A stretch of 64,000 bases of DNA. Source: Eremomyces bilateralis CBS 781.70. Taxonomy: Eukaryota. Under the pieces are notes generated by a model. The model had not been told where the DNA came from. It saw only the letters and a program-made list of their open reading frames with translations, and did no database searches. Positions within the stretch are counted from its first letter, which is position 1. Each line of letters begins with the position of its first letter. The position numbers and the translations under genes are program-made. Shown in pieces: positions 59,960 to 64,000 of this stretch. The stretch is taken from assembly GCA_010015585.1 (NCBI GenBank), contig ML975149.1. The stretch is one strand, 5' to 3'.

Positions 59960-62900
59960 TCACACGCTCACCTCTCCATCGTCCCCTCCCAGCACATCCT
60001 CCCATCTAGTACCCGCCGTCCCCCTCATCTCTCCCCGCTGATCCACGCTCATCCCCTCTCCCTCACCACGTTCCACCCACTCCCTGTCATTCAGCTCCGC
60101 CCATATGCGCTGGAAATACAATCGCAGACTACGCACTCCGCGCAGATACCCGCGATCAATCCCGTGCACGTTGTGCGGCGGGCATCGAATCGACCCCTCC
60201 GGTCGCCCCGCTAGGTCTTCCGCGGTCACGCAGTTCGCGAAATCGACGATCTTCAGGCGGATGTGCGGCGTACGCGTCGGCTGGGGCTTGGACGGGGACG
60301 GGTCGGCGCTGCTGTCAACCGAGGCGCCCGAGCCGACCGCTACTTCCTCCCTGGCCGCCTCAAACTCGACAGCGCTGTCATACAGCATCAACAGACTGCT
60401 CGCGTAGAACCGATAGCCAGGCAAACTCCAGATGATGTCCTCAAGGCGGGCCAACTTGTCAAGGATGACAGGGATATGCCGATTCGCGGGAGAGTAGCTG
60501 TGTCCATCGAAGAAATACCGCTTCAGTGCGTCCTGGAACTCCCGTCCGGATTTGAGGTCGCGGCCGAAATACTTGTCTTCGAAGATGTAGGACTGCGTCT
60601 TGTTGCTCCACACCTGCATCCCGCACACCCGAACCCCCAGCTCGCGCGACGTCGTGGATTTGCATTTGCGTCGCTGAGATCGCTGCTTTTGCGAGTCCGC
60701 TTCTACTCCGTATTGGCGCGTGCCCATCTTCAGGTCTAGCACGCACGGTCGCGACATCCCGGCGGTGAGATCTTCGAGGAGGATGAAGTGCTCGACGCGG
60801 GCGTCAGTCTGGGTTTGAGACTGGATAGGATTGAGTGGAGTCGTGTATGGGCTGGGCAATTTCTCTTGCTGGGTTCGGAGCGGGGCGTCAGAGCGTTCGG
60901 ATCGACCGTTGTCTTCTCGGGTGCTCGTGCGGATCGTGCTCTCAGAGGAGTGGGAGCCCGTGGAAGAGGTATGGCTGGATGCGTGAGAGGAACTGGCCGT
61001 GAGCCGAGTCCGGTCTTCCCTCGGGGCCTCGTCTTCGCGGTCGCCGCCATACCCCTCGTCTTCGTGGTATTCAAGAGCGGTGCGCTTGTTGGTTTCGAGG
61101 TCGACGAGCGTGCGTCGGAGGTTGCCCCCCGAGCGTCGACGTCGTGGAATTGAGATTGCTGATCGGTTGCTAGCCTCACCCGACTCCGTATCGAGCGCCG
61201 CACGCGATCGAGATGCTGCCTCTCCGGCGAAGCCGGATCTATCGCCGGCAGACTGGGACATGCTTGGAGGTAGGGAACTGGTATCGATCGACAACGACGA
61301 CGTATTCGTGGTGGACCCCGAGCCATTCCGCCTTACACTGTGGATGTTGGATGAATCAATGCTACTCCGGCGATCCGACATGGATGACGCCGCCGAGAAG
61401 GACTGAGCTTCCTTGAAGGCTCGAACTTTCGGGTGGGTGCGCTCTCGTTTGGAGTGGCGATGCACGGGGGAAGGCGAGAACACCTCTCGTAAGACTTGTT
61501 CCTGAAGCTTACGGTTCACAGTAGTCGCTCCCCATATAGCATTTTGTCTCATTGCCAGCCGCGATGGACTACTATCAGTCGAAGTGCTTGTGTCCAGGGC
61601 AGCATCATCATCGCCCCGGTGCAACTGCGTCAAGAGAGATTCATTTCGACCTCGTTGCCGTGGAAAGCCGAACAGATCTTCAGGGATAATGTGCCGATTG
61701 TTCTCTAGGATCACTTGCGGTACCTGGGCGTGCGCTCCGGCTTGCTGATGGCTGACAATCCGTGGCTGGTTTTTCACTAAATGCTTGAGTGGCAACCCCT
61801 CGTCTTGGCGAGCCGGATCCTTCGACTCCCCTTCACCAGCCGGTTGCTCCTGCTCGGTCTTCCTTCGTTTCGAAGGTTTCCGATATGTCACATTGAGGAC
61901 CCCGATATACCTAAATACTGCATATTAGCATCGGCACACAGGAACAACAACCATGGATATGAGGGGGACGAGGTTGGGGAGGTATCTTGGCTGGGTCTCA
62001 GCTTCAAAGCCAGCAAAGGAATGATAAGGTATCGTACCTGGGCAGAAAGTCCAGCAGCTCCGGGTGATGCAACTCCACGGTCTCGTAAAACTCATTTTCA
62101 CGGTTATTGAGCTGTTTACAAACGGCGGCGCGAGAGAAGCGGTAGACGGTCGAATGTCCGCCGACTTGATGATCGAACGGCTCGAGCTCGACGGCACCGA
62201 GGGGGGCTGGTGGCTTCGAACGGCTACGATATTGCGACTTGGTTCGTCTTAGCGGTGCCGGTGTCATGTCGAATTCCTCTACTGCACTCAACTCATCCAC
62301 CAGGGCTCTGTTGGAGTCTTCAAATGGCTCACGGGAAGGACCCTCGTCAATCGGATGGAGACTCGGTTCTTCCGTAGCTCGACGACCGACTTCGTGGAAC
62401 AGCTGCTTTTTGTCCTGGGACTTGATGGAAATCTCAACCTCTCCGGGGCTTTGGCATAGTTCGTCGGCCTTCCACGCCGTAACCGCATCCTGAACCGGGC
62501 GAGGTCGAGTTTCGATCGGTATACCCTTTTTGGGCGACGGTGTCCGGGTCTCTTCTGAGCCTTCTTCATTGAGAGTAACCTGACGATGAGGGAAATACAG
62601 TGCTTTTGATATCTCGCGATCGGAGTCGTTTTCATCCTCTGCTGCTTTCTTGAGGGTTATCAAGGTGCTAGGTGAGTCTCTACCCAATGATGATCTTGGT
62701 GTATAGGGACGTCTTGGTTTGGTGGAAGGTGAGATGATAGGCTCAGGAGACTGAAGTACGCTGTCTTCCGGGACTGAAGCCTGTTGCTTGTTTTCTGCTC
62801 AACCGTGTATTAGCATCTATCGTCCTCATGGATGAATGCAAGGTGAGTTTCATTGGGGGTCCTCTACTTACTTGGTGTATCACGTTGATGGGCTTGGGCT

Positions 62901-63937
62901 AGTTCAACTACTTTCTGTAGCTTCGGTATCCCGGGAGACTCTTCCTCGTCGTCTCGTTCATCGACCTTTCGATGCTCCCTCTGCGATTGTCTCAGAGACG
63001 CTGCAGCCATCAACTCGCGTAGGTGCTCAGTGCGTCTCTTATCCTCCGCAGCCTCGTTCTCCTTGAAGATCCCTAGGGTATGACTTGCTTTGCGACTGCG
63101 CGCAACCGCACTCATATCCGCCTTGGGCAAGGTCGCTTCGATCTTCTTGTCGACGTGCGACGACTGAGCCGTTTTGCCCCGGGCCAACGTTGGCTTTCCC
63201 TGTCGCCATGACCTGTATATTTTTCGTTCTTCTTCATATTGCGGTTCTAGTGGCGGTGACTGGCCGCGACTGCTGCTTGCAGCCGAATGGGTAGTCAGGG
63301 TCTTGATGGAACTCGGGCTGCTCTTATCTATGGTGTGCGGGTCGTGAGGTTCTATGGTATGGGACTCCCCGCTTGTGCCAATATACTGCCTCGGACTGGG
63401 TTGATCGTCCGAACCGTCCATCGCTCCAGGAGGCCTTGCAATGTGCCGATGTACGCCAATTGGATACGGCATCGGCATTGGCATGGTGGAGGACGACTGT
63501 TTCCCTACACGATGCTTTTGCAGAAATATCGGAGGCTCCTTCAGCCTCTGGGCTGGGATCGCCATCTGCTTGCTCTTCTCAGTCGGAGATCCAACATCAG
63601 CTAGGCTTTCGACCACCGGAGACAGCCGAGGAGAGGATTCTGGCGATTCACGCGTGCTGTACGTAGTGGCGAATATACTATCGCGCTCGTCCAATTGCGG
63701 ACCCTGGGTGAACTTGGATCGAAGGGCTTCGGCGTTGATCGGGGTGGTTTTCGACCTCGCCTCGGATGCGAGTTTGACGGGTGTCACGTCCTCACCGTTC
63801 GAGCTGGCGGGGTGATGCATCGGGCGGTGGCCGTCAGCAGATGAGGAATTGAGGGTGGAGATGTCGCGAGGTCCGCCATGGCGACTCGCGAAGGCGGGTC
63901 TTGCATACTTATCGGGAGGGCGGGGTGGGTTCGCCAT
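59960..63937 (-). CDS. KCS1: Inositol hexakisphosphate/polyphosphate kinase Kcs1
   Basis: Exons 63937-62872, 62794-62038, 61910-59960. FDHQVGGH, ENEFYE, LPRYIGVLNV, FILLEDLT, PCVLDLKMG, FYASSLL, IVDFA. Confidence 0.95.
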
Positions 63938-64000
63938 GTTCGGGACATTGGAGAGACCACACTCTCACGACAACGAACCGCCTAGGGAGGGGTGGGTGGA

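Overview
This is gene-dense genomic DNA from a filamentous ascomycete (Pezizomycotina-type: short GT-AG introns with CTRAC branch points). It holds about 22 protein-coding genes, one intron-containing tRNA-Lys(CTT) and two N gaps. Recognisable genes are a probable bHLH factor (partial), a 2OG-Fe(II) oxygenase, a Zap1/ZafA-like C2H2 factor, cyclin B, mitochondrial L2, two Zn2Cys6 factors, a HIT hydrolase, MED19/ROX3, RAD10/ERCC1, a CIA30-domain protein, a DUF5519-type protein, a histidine-phosphatase-family protein, P5C dehydrogenase, PRP43, ZPR1, an RPR2/SNM1-family subunit, SHE4/CRO1, a DHA1 MFS transporter and KCS1. At 29.1-32.6 kb, a 3'-truncated LINE retrotransposon abuts an internally deleted PIF1/Helitron-like remnant. 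The most striking unexplained structure is a recurring, strand-symmetric C-rich to G-rich module of about 0.3-1 kb, which flips synonymous codon usage inside genes and can reset per exon. Other notable observations are a ~315 bp near-perfect hairpin upstream of the MFS gene, five clustered TCATGTGA boxes in a divergent promoter, uORFs plus CAAGGT motifs upstream of the Zap1-like gene, and a phosphatase-family protein that lacks its catalytic His. All calls come from manual reading; no searches were run.
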